Of a stretch of 64,000 bases of DNA, positions 27,198 through 38,453 are shown one piece after another. The notes under the pieces are model-generated. The model saw nothing but the letters and a program-made list of their open reading frames with translations, was not told the DNA's origin and did no database searches. Source of the stretch: an uncultured virus (IMG/VR IMGVR_UViG_3300001592_000009) (Duplodnaviria > Heunggongvirae > Uroviricota > Caudoviricetes); IMG/VR virus record IMGVR_UViG_3300001592_000009; one strand, 5' to 3'. How positions within the stretch are numbered: position 1 is the first letter of the stretch; every line of letters begins with the position of its first letter. A program made the position numbers and the translations under genes.

Positions 27198-27872
27198 TCA
27201 CTTACCAAACTTCTCGTTCAGGCGCGCGACATCCGCCTGGAGACCTTCCATCGAGGCAGGTACCTCATGGTATTGGTCGTTCGCCCGGATGCTGGGTGCA
27301 ACGGGTTGGGTGGGGTCGATGCCTTGCACCTCGACCACCTGGGTGATCTCACGATCTTCCAACCCCAACTCAGCCTCCATGGAGGCCATGAAGGAGGCCA
27401 GTTCTTCCTGGCTGCCGAACATCTTCAGAAGATCCTCACCAGCGCCCTTGATGAAGGCTTCGCTGACCTTGCGCCAGCTCTTCCCCAGCTCCTTCACGTA
27501 GTTGGAGTTGTCGGGAAGAACCTTTCCGCTCGCCACCTTTCCGTTGATGTGCTCGGCCAGGGCGGCCTGGAGATTGCCCCGGATGAATTCCTTCATATTG
27601 GCCACCATCTTGGCCTCGGCCTCCTCCACACTCTCCTTGCCAGTCAGGCCGCGAAGTGCGGCCGCTCTGGTGATGGCCGAAATGTCGGCATCGTGAGCGA
27701 TGTGACTGGCCGGGCCGGCCTGAAACCCGCCTTCGGACTTCTTGGCAAGAAGACCTCGAATGCGCTTCGCTTCAGCTTTCTCCTTCCTCATTCTCGCCGC
27801 CTCCTCGAAGGCTGCGTTGAGGTTTGAAAACACCACCTTCTGGAGCTCGTTGGGGATCGTTACACTGAACAT
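27198..27872 (-). CDS. Hypothetical protein
   Basis: Start MFSVTI with SD GAGGAG. Promoter-like motif upstream. Confidence 0.65.
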   Translation of the reverse strand: MFSVTIPNELQKVVFSNLNAAFEEAARMRKEKAEAKRIRGLLAKKSEGGFQAGPASHIAHDADISAITRAAALRGLTGKESVEEAEAKMVANMKEFIRGNLQAALAEHINGKVASGKVLPDNSNYVKELGKSWRKVSEAFIKGAGEDLLKMFGSQEELASFMASMEAELGLEDREITQVVEVQGIDPTQPVAPSIRANDQYHEVPASMEGLQADVARLNEKFGK

Positions 27873-27915
27873 ATAAACTCCTCTAATAGCCATCGACATG
27901 ATGACCTTCACCTAG

Positions 27916-27932
27916 GATGTACGTGGTCATAT
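27916..27932 (-). promoter_or_regulatory. Putative early-type phage promoter motif
   Basis: ATATGACCACGTACATC. Confidence 0.45.
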
Positions 27933-27943
27933 TTTTCTATGGA

Positions 27944-27983
27944 CAGCATAGGCTCCCTCCTGACTTTAACGGTCAGGAGGGAG
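27944..27983 (-). terminator. Hairpin terminator, TRTG class
   Basis: CTCCCTCCTGAC / GTCAGGAGGGAG followed by TATGCTG on the minus strand. Confidence 0.7.
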
Positions 27984-28019
27984 TCTATTTAGTTCGAAGT
28001 TACGAACTCAGACGAAAGA

Positions 28020-29441
28020 TTACTCTTCGTCAGTATCGTCTTCACCCTCGCTACCGGCAGGACCGAGGTTCCGCAGGCAAATGGAGGCGTAGTCAGCACC
28101 GGCACGCACGGCACGGAACTGCATCGAGGGAGCGTTGTTGCCGAAGGTGTTCAGAAGAGTAAGCGAGGAACGGACAGTTTCCTGCATTTCCTTCAACCCC
28201 AGACGGGTTTCCGAGGAGCCGCCGGTCTTGCTGACGATCTTGGAAACTTCCTTCAGAACGTTATCAGCCACCTTCTGCTGGTCCTTGGCCATCTTTTCCA
28301 GGTTCTTCTGGGTGGCTTGGAAGTCGGCGAGAGCGTTTGCAGCCTTCATCGATTCTTCGATCACCTTCATGATCTCGCCCTTGTCAAGAGCAGTCACGAC
28401 AGACGGACCCTTCTTGCCAACGCCTTGGAAGCGGATATTGAGGCCGGTAGAAGTCCTGGTTGCGCCGGCATCACGTTTGGTGATGGTGGCCACGAGAGCG
28501 CTAGACCCGGGGTAGGGGCCATACACCTTGTGCTCGACACCGTCCTCGGCCTTCAAACCTTTGACGCTCACGCCATTAAGCTGGGCCTCGGACATCGTCA
28601 CGGCTGTTCCAGCGGCGTCGTCGACAGCCTTGAAAATAGCCAAGTTTGCATCGCTGCTGGATTTCACGAACGCGTTCAGAGTCGCTTCACTGAAGTCACC
28701 GACGTTGCGGATGCTGGCGGCAGTGTCAACGATCTTGGCGATGTGCTGACTAACTGCCTTCGACAGGCTGCTGAGCCTGGAGGCAGAATCCAGGTTCTTT
28801 TCGAAGGTCGAAAGATCAGCGACTTTGCCCATGGCGATCGCAGTAGCCAGAGACTTGGCCTTGATCTTCTTCTTCTTCTTCACGTAGCCGGCAGGGACTT
28901 CAGCGACACGCTTGCGAAGAGCCGACAGATGGTTCACCAGGCTCTTGCCGCTCTTGAAGATGTTTGCCAGGAACAGACGGACCTTGTCCCACAGACGGAT
29001 CGACGCGGCCTTGATCGAAGCCCAGACCTTCTTCAGCCAGTCGCCGATGCCTTCCACCACCAGCTTGGTCGACACGCGACGGCTGGAGCTGTTGCCGAAG
29101 GACTCGGCCACCGGCACGGTGCGGGTTTCACGCGATGCACCCAGGCGGTTCAGGATGGATTCGACAGCGATCGAGACAGCTTCAGCGGTTTCTTCGCTCA
29201 GACCTTCACCGTTTTCCAGAGAGTCGGCAGCCAGCTCGCCCAGCGACTCGAGTTCTTCACCGGCCTGCACAGCGTCTTCCACCTTGCCGACTTCGATGCC
29301 GATGTCGGTGTTGTCGTTCTGGATCTCGGCAGACTCGTCGGCCACCGTGACAGCAACTTCAGCAGCTTCCACTTCGCCCAGGTCTTCACCGTTGTCGATT
29401 TCTTCCATGGCCAGCAGGCCACCATTCAGAGAAAAGCTCAT
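28020..29441 (-). CDS. Internal head / inner-body protein (phiKZ internal-protein family, gp93-like)
   Basis: Acidic propeptide with AME/AVE/VVE sites followed by EGIGDWLKKVW..IK helix. Strong codon bias. Confidence 0.75.
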   Translation of the reverse strand: MSFSLNGGLLAMEEIDNGEDLGEVEAAEVAVTVADESAEIQNDNTDIGIEVGKVEDAVQAGEELESLGELAADSLENGEGLSEETAEAVSIAVESILNRLGASRETRTVPVAESFGNSSSRRVSTKLVVEGIGDWLKKVWASIKAASIRLWDKVRLFLANIFKSGKSLVNHLSALRKRVAEVPAGYVKKKKKIKAKSLATAIAMGKVADLSTFEKNLDSASRLSSLSKAVSQHIAKIVDTAASIRNVGDFSEATLNAFVKSSSDANLAIFKAVDDAAGTAVTMSEAQLNGVSVKGLKAEDGVEHKVYGPYPGSSALVATITKRDAGATRTSTGLNIRFQGVGKKGPSVVTALDKGEIMKVIEESMKAANALADFQATQKNLEKMAKDQQKVADNVLKEVSKIVSKTGGSSETRLGLKEMQETVRSSLTLLNTFGNNAPSMQFRAVRAGADYASICLRNLGPAGSEGEDDTDEE

Positions 29442-29590
29442 AATTACTCCAAGCTTGGGTTGATAAAACACATGTGTTAACTCAGGCCCAGACGCGGGCA
29501 TCTATCAGCGATCTACCAAGGAAAGGGCGGTGAGTTGGGCGATGCGCCCGCGTCTGAGGCACAGTAGGGATCCTACTGTACACCGGTGAG

Positions 29591-31204
29591 TCACTCCGGT
29601 GATTCCTCAGAAGGTTTGACAGAAGCCAATACCTTCAGATTCTTCTTAGCGAAACGAGTCGCTCTCACTACATAAGCGGTTACATAGTCATGGATGTCGA
29701 TCATCCCGGCTAGGTAAGTCTTCGAAGCGAAGGACTGTTTCAGAAACACGAACTCTGCCAGGCTCTCATGCAAACCCACCTTTTCAGGAGAACTGCTGAG
29801 TTTCTGGTAGTAATGTCGATAGCCTAACTTCAGCTTCCTGCCTTCGTTGGCGATATTGACATAGTGTTCCGTATGTCTTTGCAGCAGATCCGTGATCACT
29901 GCAAGTTGGTCAATGTATTTGTCAAGCTCCGAGGCAGACAAGTACGGGATCGCCTGAGGCGTGTCCATCAAAGCGGTATCTACTCCCATAAAGATAGAGG
30001 AATCTTTGTAGGCGGCAGAGACCTTGTCGATGTCTCCCAGTTTGTTCTTAGGGAGATTCGTGATGAACAACACACCGTTCGGAAGAGGACGTTGGTAGAC
30101 GTAGGTCTCTACGTCTACGTTATCCATGGGGTAGTTCTTCAGGGTCTTCCTGTCATATTCGCCGCCGATGGGGTTGACATCCATCATAGCGAGCACGTTA
30201 CCACGGATCCCCGAGATCGCACTCATGTCGATCATCTTCTTAACAGCGTGGATGTCTTCCAACACCCGCTTGGCCATGGGATCTATGGTAGCATCAAGAA
30301 AATGCAGGACTTCTGCACCACTCCCCGCAACACTGACCTTGGTTCCGTAACAGAACCAAGGGATTGCCTTTTCATCTGTGAAGCTCTCACCAACTGTCTC
30401 AGGTAACTCCACATCTTTCAGCTCATCCATGGTTTTCCGAAGCGCACCGACATCCTTTTTCAAGGAAGAGACAGAATGGTAGTGTCGCTTGATGAAGTCG
30501 CTGGAGGACGCGATGGTGCGGAACAGAACCTTCACGGACCGCGTGAAGAGATAGATGACGCCCTTGCGAAGTTTGTCAGCGACACCTGGACCATAGCGAA
30601 CACCGAGCGCTACCACGACCTTGGCAAACTCTATCAGAAGTCCCACGGCAATAGCGCCAGCCCGATAGAGCACACCACCGACCTTCACAGCACCGTCATA
30701 CACATCGTCTTTGGTGATCTCTTCCAGGACAGCGGAGCTGTAGTGCATGTCGTAAGGGTGGCGCAGAGACTCCGAGATGACTTTTGCTTCTGTCGGTTCT
30801 TCCTGTTTATCGCCGTCTTCAGACTTGGGGGAACCATCGTCCTTAGATTCATCCTTCTCTTTCGCACCAGAAGCCTCGTCAGCTGGTTTCTCATCCCTGT
30901 CCGAACCATCTCCTTCACCGTCTTCATTAAAAGGGTTGCTGGAGTCTTCTTCCTCCGAAGCTACTTCTTCCTCTGAAGCATCTGTCGCGGGTTCCGGAGT
31001 TTCTGCAGGAGGGGCGGCTTCACCGCCTTCTTCCGTCTCTGTCATCTCCAGTTCTTCTGTCTTCTTGGCAGCAACGACCTTGTCGTGCAGCACATCAAAC
31101 TCACTGCCNGCNGCAGCCTTCTTCTCTTTCTCGACCAGCTTGGAGATCTCCAAACCCTGGTCCAGATATCCAGTATTGTCAGCGTCTTCCATGTAGTAAG
31201 ACAT
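29591..31204 (-). CDS. Head protein with acidic disordered N-terminal region (gp92-like position)
   Basis: E/D-rich N-terminal ~150 aa, ISE/VLE sites, located in the head gene block. Confidence 0.6.
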   Translation of the reverse strand: MSYYMEDADNTGYLDQGLEISKLVEKEKKAXXGSEFDVLHDKVVAAKKTEELEMTETEEGGEAAPPAETPEPATDASEEEVASEEEDSSNPFNEDGEGDGSDRDEKPADEASGAKEKDESKDDGSPKSEDGDKQEEPTEAKVISESLRHPYDMHYSSAVLEEITKDDVYDGAVKVGGVLYRAGAIAVGLLIEFAKVVVALGVRYGPGVADKLRKGVIYLFTRSVKVLFRTIASSSDFIKRHYHSVSSLKKDVGALRKTMDELKDVELPETVGESFTDEKAIPWFCYGTKVSVAGSGAEVLHFLDATIDPMAKRVLEDIHAVKKMIDMSAISGIRGNVLAMMDVNPIGGEYDRKTLKNYPMDNVDVETYVYQRPLPNGVLFITNLPKNKLGDIDKVSAAYKDSSIFMGVDTALMDTPQAIPYLSASELDKYIDQLAVITDLLQRHTEHYVNIANEGRKLKLGYRHYYQKLSSSPEKVGLHESLAEFVFLKQSFASKTYLAGMIDIHDYVTAYVVRATRFAKKNLKVLASVKPSEESPE

Positions 31205-31301
31205 AAAGACCTTTCTAAGGGGATTGTTTTGTGGGTAGTCAAGGGATTTGGCTGAACGCAACATACATCCACACCCAGGGTACCCTGGGTGTGGATGGTG
31301 T

Positions 31302-31919
31302 TCAGGTCGAAGAGATCTTTACGATGCCCGCTACGCGACGGCCAAAGATGACGTTCAAGGTACAGATCAGATCCACCACCCCGTCTGTGTCCTTGGTCCA
31401 TTCTGTCAACACGTCCGGCAAGAAGGAACCTTGTCCGCTCTTGATGAAGGTGTCGAGATAGTCGGTCGACAACACAGAACTCACGTTGGTGTTCGGGAAC
31501 TTCGTGGAGAAGGGTTCACGGGACAGTAGTCGGTAGTACTGGTAGTTGTCCATGGTCTTCGCTTGATCGCTGAAGATACGTCCCACTACCTCTTTGATGA
31601 AGCGCCGATGAAGATAACCGACACCGCCTTGAGCATGTTGCAATTCGATCCATCGACCAAAGCTCTGGTCGTCGAAAGCACGCAGAGCTACTTTCAACAG
31701 CGTCTCACGGAATTCAAAGTTCCGGATCAGATCCTCATCCTTGCGCCACTGGTTGAAGATGCTGGTGACTTCGCTGTCATAGTAGCTGTCCGGATCTTCG
31801 CCCAAGCTGCTTGGCTGGATCATCATCTTGCGGATGCCCTTGTCTTCGATGGTGGATCGAAGGAGTTTGCTGGAGTCCGTGGTCACGAACCCTGAGTGGA
31901 GAATGAAAACAGGTTTCAT
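31302..31919 (-). CDS. Head-block structural/hypothetical protein
   Basis: Translationally coupled to the upstream head gene. Confidence 0.6.
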   Translation of the reverse strand: MKPVFILHSGFVTTDSSKLLRSTIEDKGIRKMMIQPSSLGEDPDSYYDSEVTSIFNQWRKDEDLIRNFEFRETLLKVALRAFDDQSFGRWIELQHAQGGVGYLHRRFIKEVVGRIFSDQAKTMDNYQYYRLLSREPFSTKFPNTNVSSVLSTDYLDTFIKSGQGSFLPDVLTEWTKDTDGVVDLICTLNVIFGRRVAGIVKISST

Positions 31920-32833
31920 CACCGGCGCTCCTCGATGCTTTCTTCGACTTCACGCAGATAGCGGTCGTATTTCTCGATACGTGCCTGCAAGTCGGAGATC
32001 TCCCTCATCACCGTGGGGTCGGACGTGCCGTCTTCCTTCTGCATCTGGAGATACAGGAGACGGAGTTCCAGCTGCTGCTTCTTGGCACGGGACGACTCGT
32101 AGCGATCGTTCTGCCAGCGCGCAATGACGAGCCGGACACGATAGATCACAGAGGGGAGGAAGTTGGCAGTTCCAAACCTCTCGAAAGGATCGATATCGCC
32201 CACAGCGCCACTGATCGCTTGTCCGTTGTCAGAACCCACCAGCACTTCAGGGAGACCCTTCACGGTGCGGGAGAAGTCCTTAGTAGGCATGCTGTAAGCG
32301 TTGAGGAGGGCGACGAAGCGGAGGAACATGTTCTCCACGTACTTCTGTTCTGCCTTGGACAACTGGAGAGCTTCATCCAGATGCGTGTCGTGGTGCTGGG
32401 CTTCCACCGTGTAGAGGTAGTTCAGAAGTGACGAGAGGTACTGCGACATCAGGGAGAGATTGCTAGCCGCCCGTACAATGAAAGCCTGGCGCGCATTCAT
32501 ACCCTCGCTGATAATGTCACGTTCCACTTCACTGTCGAGGATGCCTTGCAGGTATACCACGTTCTCATGGAGCGTGGGGAGGCGACGCTGGATGTCGTGC
32601 AAGAAGCTGACCGCCTTACCCACACCTCTGCGATCGAAGTTGCGGTAGAAGAGATTTCCCAGCTCCGTGGCTTCGGCCGAGGCCAGTTTCTCGATCTTAA
32701 AGTGGGTTGCTGCAGCCTCCCAGGTAGGTAGCACGATCTTCACATACTCCTTTTCAGAAGTACGAAGATCTTCAGCCACAGAAGTCCGCTCGATGCGGGG
32801 AAGAAGGCTCTTGACAAAGTTCGAAATGCTCAC
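31919..32833 (-). CDS. Inner-body/head protein (phiKZ gp90-like)
   Basis: FVKSLLP N-terminus, C-terminal LELRLL.L coiled coil, synteny. Confidence 0.65.
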   Translation of the reverse strand: MSISNFVKSLLPRIERTSVAEDLRTSEKEYVKIVLPTWEAAATHFKIEKLASAEATELGNLFYRNFDRRGVGKAVSFLHDIQRRLPTLHENVVYLQGILDSEVERDIISEGMNARQAFIVRAASNLSLMSQYLSSLLNYLYTVEAQHHDTHLDEALQLSKAEQKYVENMFLRFVALLNAYSMPTKDFSRTVKGLPEVLVGSDNGQAISGAVGDIDPFERFGTANFLPSVIYRVRLVIARWQNDRYESSRAKKQQLELRLLYLQMQKEDGTSDPTVMREISDLQARIEKYDRYLREVEESIEERR

Positions 32834-32863
32834 GTTGTTTGCTCCGTGTTAGTTGATGGTGGG

Positions 32864-34000
32864 TCAGAACGAAGGAGCGCTGCCTTCGAAGAGCGACTTC
32901 ATGATGTCGGCAATGTCAGGACCTTTGTCCTTACCCGACTTCAGAGACCGGATGCTGAACGTTGAGTGCGAGGCGATGCCGTTGAAGTACAGCGTCACCT
33001 GGCCCCAGTCAGGGTTCACCACCGCCATGATCATAGCGTAGGTGTCTTCAAACAACTTCTCACGGTTCTTGGCGTTGTTGAAGCGCAGACCCGTTTTGGC
33101 TTCGATCGCCTTGGCAGCGCGATCCGTCACCACGTAGATGTTAGACGCTACGGCCAAGGAAGGATTCTTTGTCAGCAGGCCGAAGCTGCGGGCGTTATTG
33201 ACACGTCGAACGATCTCGTTCAAAGTACCGGTGCGATCCTTGATAGCAGCGCGGCGGTATTCGTTGATCAAGTCTTGGCAGAAGATTCCGTCTCGGATAA
33301 AGTCAATACGGCCATTGCGCCAGGCGTGGAAGCGTTCCACGATGCCGGTATCCAGCTTGCGGTGTGTGAAGATGTGGGAGATCGTGTCATCCGGAAGGAA
33401 GGCAGGAGACAGACGAATCGAAACAGGGATGTTCACCGACTTGGGGCTGCCGTCTTTGTCATTGACCGTGATGGAGACATTCAACAGCTTACCGACCGCC
33501 ATGTTGGCGTTCTCGTTCAACAACTTGGTGTTGGCCGAACCCACCATGTCTTCATCTGTGGTATCGGATTCAGCTTCCGCTGCGATCACTTGGCGGGTAG
33601 GGAGACTGAACTTGTAACTGTCCTTCACCAGGTTCTGAACCGACTCAGTGGCGTAACGACCACCCAACAGGAAGCCGGAGCTGTCCCGATCAGGATTCAA
33701 GCGGTCCAAGATACGCACCACCTCCAGGTCGTTCACACGGGTCAGGATGGCCACGGTTTGCAGGTAGTAACCCGCATACACGTTGACCAGGCTGTTCATG
33801 ATGTCTGGAAGTTCCGCCAGGTTGGCGCAATCCTGTGACAAAATCGTAAGAGGTTCAGACCGGGTCAGTTTCGTGATCCCGGTCATGGACGTGTCGGAGA
33901 AATGCCCCTGGACGTTCGTTTTGAAGTAATCCAGGGCTTTTGCTACTGCCGTCAGCGTGGCGTTGGTGGTGGAGATGACGTCCAAGATAACCTCACTCAA
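32864..34000 (-). CDS. Inner-body/head protein (phiKZ gp89-like)
   Basis: TRSEP, GYYLQ, LNPDRD, VGKLLNV, FCQDLI motifs and an ATE site. Confidence 0.7.
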   Translation of the reverse strand: MSEVILDVISTTNATLTAVAKALDYFKTNVQGHFSDTSMTGITKLTRSEPLTILSQDCANLAELPDIMNSLVNVYAGYYLQTVAILTRVNDLEVVRILDRLNPDRDSSGFLLGGRYATESVQNLVKDSYKFSLPTRQVIAAEAESDTTDEDMVGSANTKLLNENANMAVGKLLNVSITVNDKDGSPKSVNIPVSIRLSPAFLPDDTISHIFTHRKLDTGIVERFHAWRNGRIDFIRDGIFCQDLINEYRRAAIKDRTGTLNEIVRRVNNARSFGLLTKNPSLAVASNIYVVTDRAAKAIEAKTGLRFNNAKNREKLFEDTYAMIMAVVNPDWGQVTLYFNGIASHSTFSIRSLKSGKDKGPDIADIMKSLFEGSAPSF

Positions 34001-34017
34001 GTTAGATAGGAGAGAAA

Positions 34018-35100
34018 ATGGCAGACAGCATAGCCAAAGGTAGCCTTGATAAGCTCTTTAGCAGCATGCCTACGGGGTCACTAGATAGAGCAATGCTCAA
34101 TAATCTTCGGGGGTTTAACCACCGAGGAACGCCTGGAATGCTACCCTCTAACAAGAGGATGCCTGGCTTGACTTTCTTTGTCCGACCCCAGCTGAACATG
34201 CAGAAGGACAATCTTCGAAACGTACGACAGCTGAGCGCTTTGCTGTCAGACAACCCTCTGAGCATTCAGACCTACATCCGATGCATGCTGGATCCACGAC
34301 TGATGTCTGGTGTCAGTTACCGGTCTGGGAGCATTCCTCCGATCAAATGCCCGTTGGTGGATAACCTTCAAGCGTTCATTCCTGTTCTTACCAACAACCT
34401 GACGACAATCTCAGGCTGGCCCAGTATTTCTGTCCCTACCTTTGTTTCCAGCCCAGGGCTCTACAACGAGTCCTACATGCAGGCCGATGGGAAGGTCAGG
34501 AACTGTGAAAACTTTGACATCAGTGCCAACTTTCGAAACGTGCGCGGAGATCCTGTCGTCTACCTCCTCTACGTCTGGGCCATGTACATGGCTGAAGTCT
34601 TCGAAGGTCGACTCGTTCCTTACCTGGACATGATCCCCAATAACCGGATCGACTACAACACGCGGATCTATCGAATGACTTTGGACCATAAGAAGCACCG
34701 CATCCTGGAGATGACGGCGACTTGTGCTTCCCAGGTCTCCGGTGTTCCGATCGGAGATATCTTTGACGTGCAGGCCGATAAGACCTACACGGAAGCCAAC
34801 CACGAAGTCACGGCATCGTTTAAGTCGGTCGGTGTGGATTACTTCGACCCCATTGTTGCCTATGAGTTCAACAAAACCGTTGAGATCTTTAATGGCGACA
34901 TGAAGGATGGTCCCAGACAGATCCGGATGATGAAGCTTCCTCCGAGGCTCTTGATCGAAGGGAATTTCCGTGGCTATCCCTACATCGATCTGGAGAACAT
35001 GAATCTGGATTGGTACGTTCCGACCCAGGAGTACATCGACACTTCTCAGACAGTGTTGGACCGCACCAAGTATGTGGATTACGAAAACGAAGGCGATTGA
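34018..35100 (+). CDS. Virion structural protein, baseplate/tube-like (phiKZ gp88-like)
   Basis: GLTFFVRPQLN, IRCMLDP, IDYNTRIYR motifs. Divergent from the head block. Confidence 0.65.
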   Translation: MADSIAKGSLDKLFSSMPTGSLDRAMLNNLRGFNHRGTPGMLPSNKRMPGLTFFVRPQLNMQKDNLRNVRQLSALLSDNPLSIQTYIRCMLDPRLMSGVSYRSGSIPPIKCPLVDNLQAFIPVLTNNLTTISGWPSISVPTFVSSPGLYNESYMQADGKVRNCENFDISANFRNVRGDPVVYLLYVWAMYMAEVFEGRLVPYLDMIPNNRIDYNTRIYRMTLDHKKHRILEMTATCASQVSGVPIGDIFDVQADKTYTEANHEVTASFKSVGVDYFDPIVAYEFNKTVEIFNGDMKDGPRQIRMMKLPPRLLIEGNFRGYPYIDLENMNLDWYVPTQEYIDTSQTVLDRTKYVDYENEGD

Positions 35101-35112
35101 TAGAGGACCCCC

Positions 35113-38044
35113 ATGGATTACAGCAACTACACCACCACACCTGTCTCCAAGGTCGCTAGCGACATGGAGCTTTTCAAGCGCGACCCTACAGCCCTGACAC
35201 AGTCCGCCCTAGAGACTGTGGAGTCTATCCTGAATGGAGAGGCAACCTTGATGTCCCCCGGATCGCCCTTCATCATGCTGATGGAGATGGCCTGCGTGAC
35301 ATCCGCCAACGCTGTTCGGGAGAACCTGGTCTTGCTGCGTCGACAGTACCCCATGCTCTCTATCACCAGCGATGAGATCTACCATCACATGGCAGACGAA
35401 GACTATCTGGGGAGGTTCTCTGTTCCGGCAGAGCTGGAAGTCGTCTTGGCGATCCAGGTTCAAGGTCTGATCAACGGCATGGTGCGGGATGAGTCTGAAA
35501 ACGCATGGAAGGCGATCCTTCCTCGTGACACCTCCATCACGGTAGACGGCATCACTTTCATGCCTCTCTACCCTATCGTTCTTCGGCGCTACGATAACGG
35601 GATCTTACAGATCAACTACGACTCTACCTACCTGAACCCGGTGATGCCTCTGAGGGACTCCATCATCACCCCAGAGATCCGTACGACGGTCTCTGGAGAC
35701 GAATGGGTGTTTCTCAAAATCAAGACAACACAGGTAAAGCTGGAACCGCATTACTTCACGGTCGACAAGACCTATCGGTTCAAGAAGTCTGTAGTGATGG
35801 AGGATCAGTTCCACCACGCTCGTGTTTACTTCCGCAACGACGCATCGAACCGAGCTTGGGTGGAGATGAGGACTACGCACAGCGAACAGACCTTCGATGC
35901 ACGTCACCCCACTGCCGTTTTGAAAGTAGATAACTCCAACAGTGACTGTGGAGATCCCTGTCGTTTATCTGACTTCTGGTCTGTTGTCCGGTGAAGTGCG
36001 CATGGATGTCCTACACCTCCAAGGGAGAGATCCATGTCAAACATGGCGGACTATCGCCCAGAGCAATACACGAGTGGCGTTGACAGCGATCGATGCAGAG
36101 CGTGATTCATCCGTTTACACGCTGGCGATGGCGGATGTCTCGTACTACGCTTACAGTCTGGACAGCGTGAACGACGGCAAGAACGGCATGGATTTCAACA
36201 CCCTGCGCAAGAACGTCATCTACAACGCAGACGGTCCACAGAACCTTCCGATCACCAACGTGCAGTTGTCTGCCAGTGGAACCAAGAACAACTTCGAGAT
36301 CGTCAAGAACGTCGACATGTTGACTAATCGGGTTTACCTGGCTACACGGAAGCTACCGCAGCCCAAGAACTCCAGTTTGATCACCTCGGCCAGCATCGGT
36401 ATCGTCACCATGACGAGCACGTTGGAGAGTCTCAAACTCAACCACCGCGTCATCGACAATGGCCACCGTGTCACGATCAAGAGCAAGTCTCTGTTTGAGA
36501 GCATCAACGGACAGTTGAAGCTACTGAGCCAGAGTGAGCAGGACGCATTGCAAGCCATGGGGCCTTCATCCATGGTCACGCATGTCAACAATCGCCACTA
36601 TCTTTACAGTCCGTTCTACTGCGTTTTGGATAACACGGAGGGTACGTTCGAACAGCGTGTCTATTCCCTGGACCAGCCGTTGGCTAAGGATCTGAACATC
36701 CTGCGTCAGAACCATACCTTGCAGTTGTTCGTGAATACGGGTAGCTATGAGCTCAAGAAGACCAACGACGGTTACAGTCTCAAAGTGCTAACTCGCAGTA
36801 GCAACCACTACATCGCTCTGCAAGACAACGAGGTCGGTGTTCAGCTGGCTTACTATCCCCACCATGAGACGACTCTCGCATACATCAACGGGGTGTTGGA
36901 GAGCAAGAACGCCAATGGTGAGCGACTCTATCGCTTCGACATCCAGTCCAGTCACGACTTCAATGTTGAGAACTCCATGGAGATCACGAACAGCGAAGTA
37001 CAGGGCGTGGTGTCCTATAAGGGTTGGGTTGAACTGGAGAAACAGGTCTATCTCATCCACCATACCACCAGCATCAGTACCAACTACCGAGCTGATGAAA
37101 CAGATGGACTTCTTGGCAAGTTCCTACTTCCATCCGGCAGTGTAGGCAATACCTTGGAACGCCTTACTCTGCACTTCGGTGATAGCCTGGATCTGCTGTG
37201 GTCTCGTGCCCGATCATTCTTGACAGACCCGGTCTACCAGACCCACTCTGTCGACATCCCGCTTCTCTACACGGAGACCCAATACGGGAAGGATCCGGTT
37301 ACTGGAAGTATCTTCGACTCGAACATGAACTACATCGTTAAAGCCTATGCTGGCGATCAGGTCATGGATGAGGATGGTAACCCGGTCTACAAACACCGTG
37401 TCGGTGATGTGGTGTTGAATGAACAGGGTCAGCCTGTGATCTCCGCATCCAGTGTCACGGGTCGAGAGTTCGATCTACTGGTGGTGGATGGTCGCTATCT
37501 CTTCGCCAATGACTTGGTCTACACCGACTACCGTACAGAAATCGATAAGCTCCTGACAACGTGGATCACCAAGAACGTACAGGAGCATCAGAACGATCTG
37601 CTTGAGATCACGAAGATCTACTTCTACCCTCGAACGACTATCGGTCTCACCAGGGTCTACACGGAGAACCACGGTTCGGTGTTCATTCCGTCGGAACAAG
37701 CGTTTACCGTAGAGCTCCATGTGCAGAAAGACATTTTCGAGAACCTGGACATCCGAAAAACGCTTCGGAGGACCACCATTCAAATTCTGGACGCTGCTGT
37801 ATCTGAATCGAGCATCAATATGACCGCTGTCAAGGATACGCTCAGGAAGGCCTACGGTGCCTCTGTCGATGCTTTTGAAGTGACAGGATTGGGCGGTAGT
37901 GAGAACTATCAACTGGTGACGGTTTCTTCGAACGAATACCGTCTCTGTCTCAAGAAGAAGCTGGAGATCGCTCCAGACCGCAGCTATGTGGTCACGGACG
38001 ATGTCAATGTGGAGTTCAAGCTCTCTGCAAACAAAGTGATGTAA
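35113..38044 (+). CDS. Large baseplate-wedge-like structural protein (phiKZ gp87-like), one gene split here by indels at 35935-36075
   Basis: ORFs 35113-35994 and 35942-38044 join into a ~975-aa protein if four single-base insertions are removed. Confidence 0.7.
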
Positions 38045-38054
38045 TCGCTGCTCA

Positions 38055-38124
38055 GACCACGGAGGAAACTCCGTGGTCCTGTGCCGCACGGCACACAGGC
38101 CGTAGGTTTCCCTACGGCCTGTGT
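38055..38124. terminator. Two back-to-back hairpin terminators, TRTG class
   Basis: GACCACGGAG / CTCCGTGGTC plus TGTGCCG, then CGGCACA plus ACACAGGCCGTAGG / CCTACGGCCTGTGT. Confidence 0.7.
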
Positions 38125-38129
38125 TTGGT

Positions 38130-38381
38130 TTATCGCAAGAGATGTATCACTCTTGCCGCGTGATAGGGGTGGCTGATCTGGAACGCCACATCCCAGTGAT
38201 TGAGGTTCTTGTCCTGCCTCCCCAGTCGGAATTTCGCACCGATAGCGGTCTCTACGATATCGTCCTCGATCTTGACGATCGGAGAGGTCTTGATACGCAT
38301 ACTTTTACTCATCCCGACAGCATGTAGCTGGTCTTTATTGACTTCCAGCTTCCAGCTCTTTAAATCACACGGCGGTGCCAT
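38130..38381 (-). CDS. Small hypothetical protein
   Basis: 83 aa, SD AAGGA. Confidence 0.5.
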   Translation of the reverse strand: MAPPCDLKSWKLEVNKDQLHAVGMSKSMRIKTSPIVKIEDDIVETAIGAKFRLGRQDKNLNHWDVAFQISHPYHAARVIHLLR

Positions 38382-38453
38382 GATCTTCCTTTCAATTAAC
38401 AAACAACACACTGACAGGTGGCTTTTGACCACCTACCAGTGTGGAGGGCTGTG

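Noticed and set aside
35935..36075. Apparent programmed frameshift or pseudogene in the large baseplate-like gene
   Set aside because: Removing four single extra bases restores plausible protein (…NSTVTVEIP…MDVYTSKGEIHVNMADYRPEQYRVALTAID). Clustered indels in an essential gene with no slippery signal point to sequencing error.
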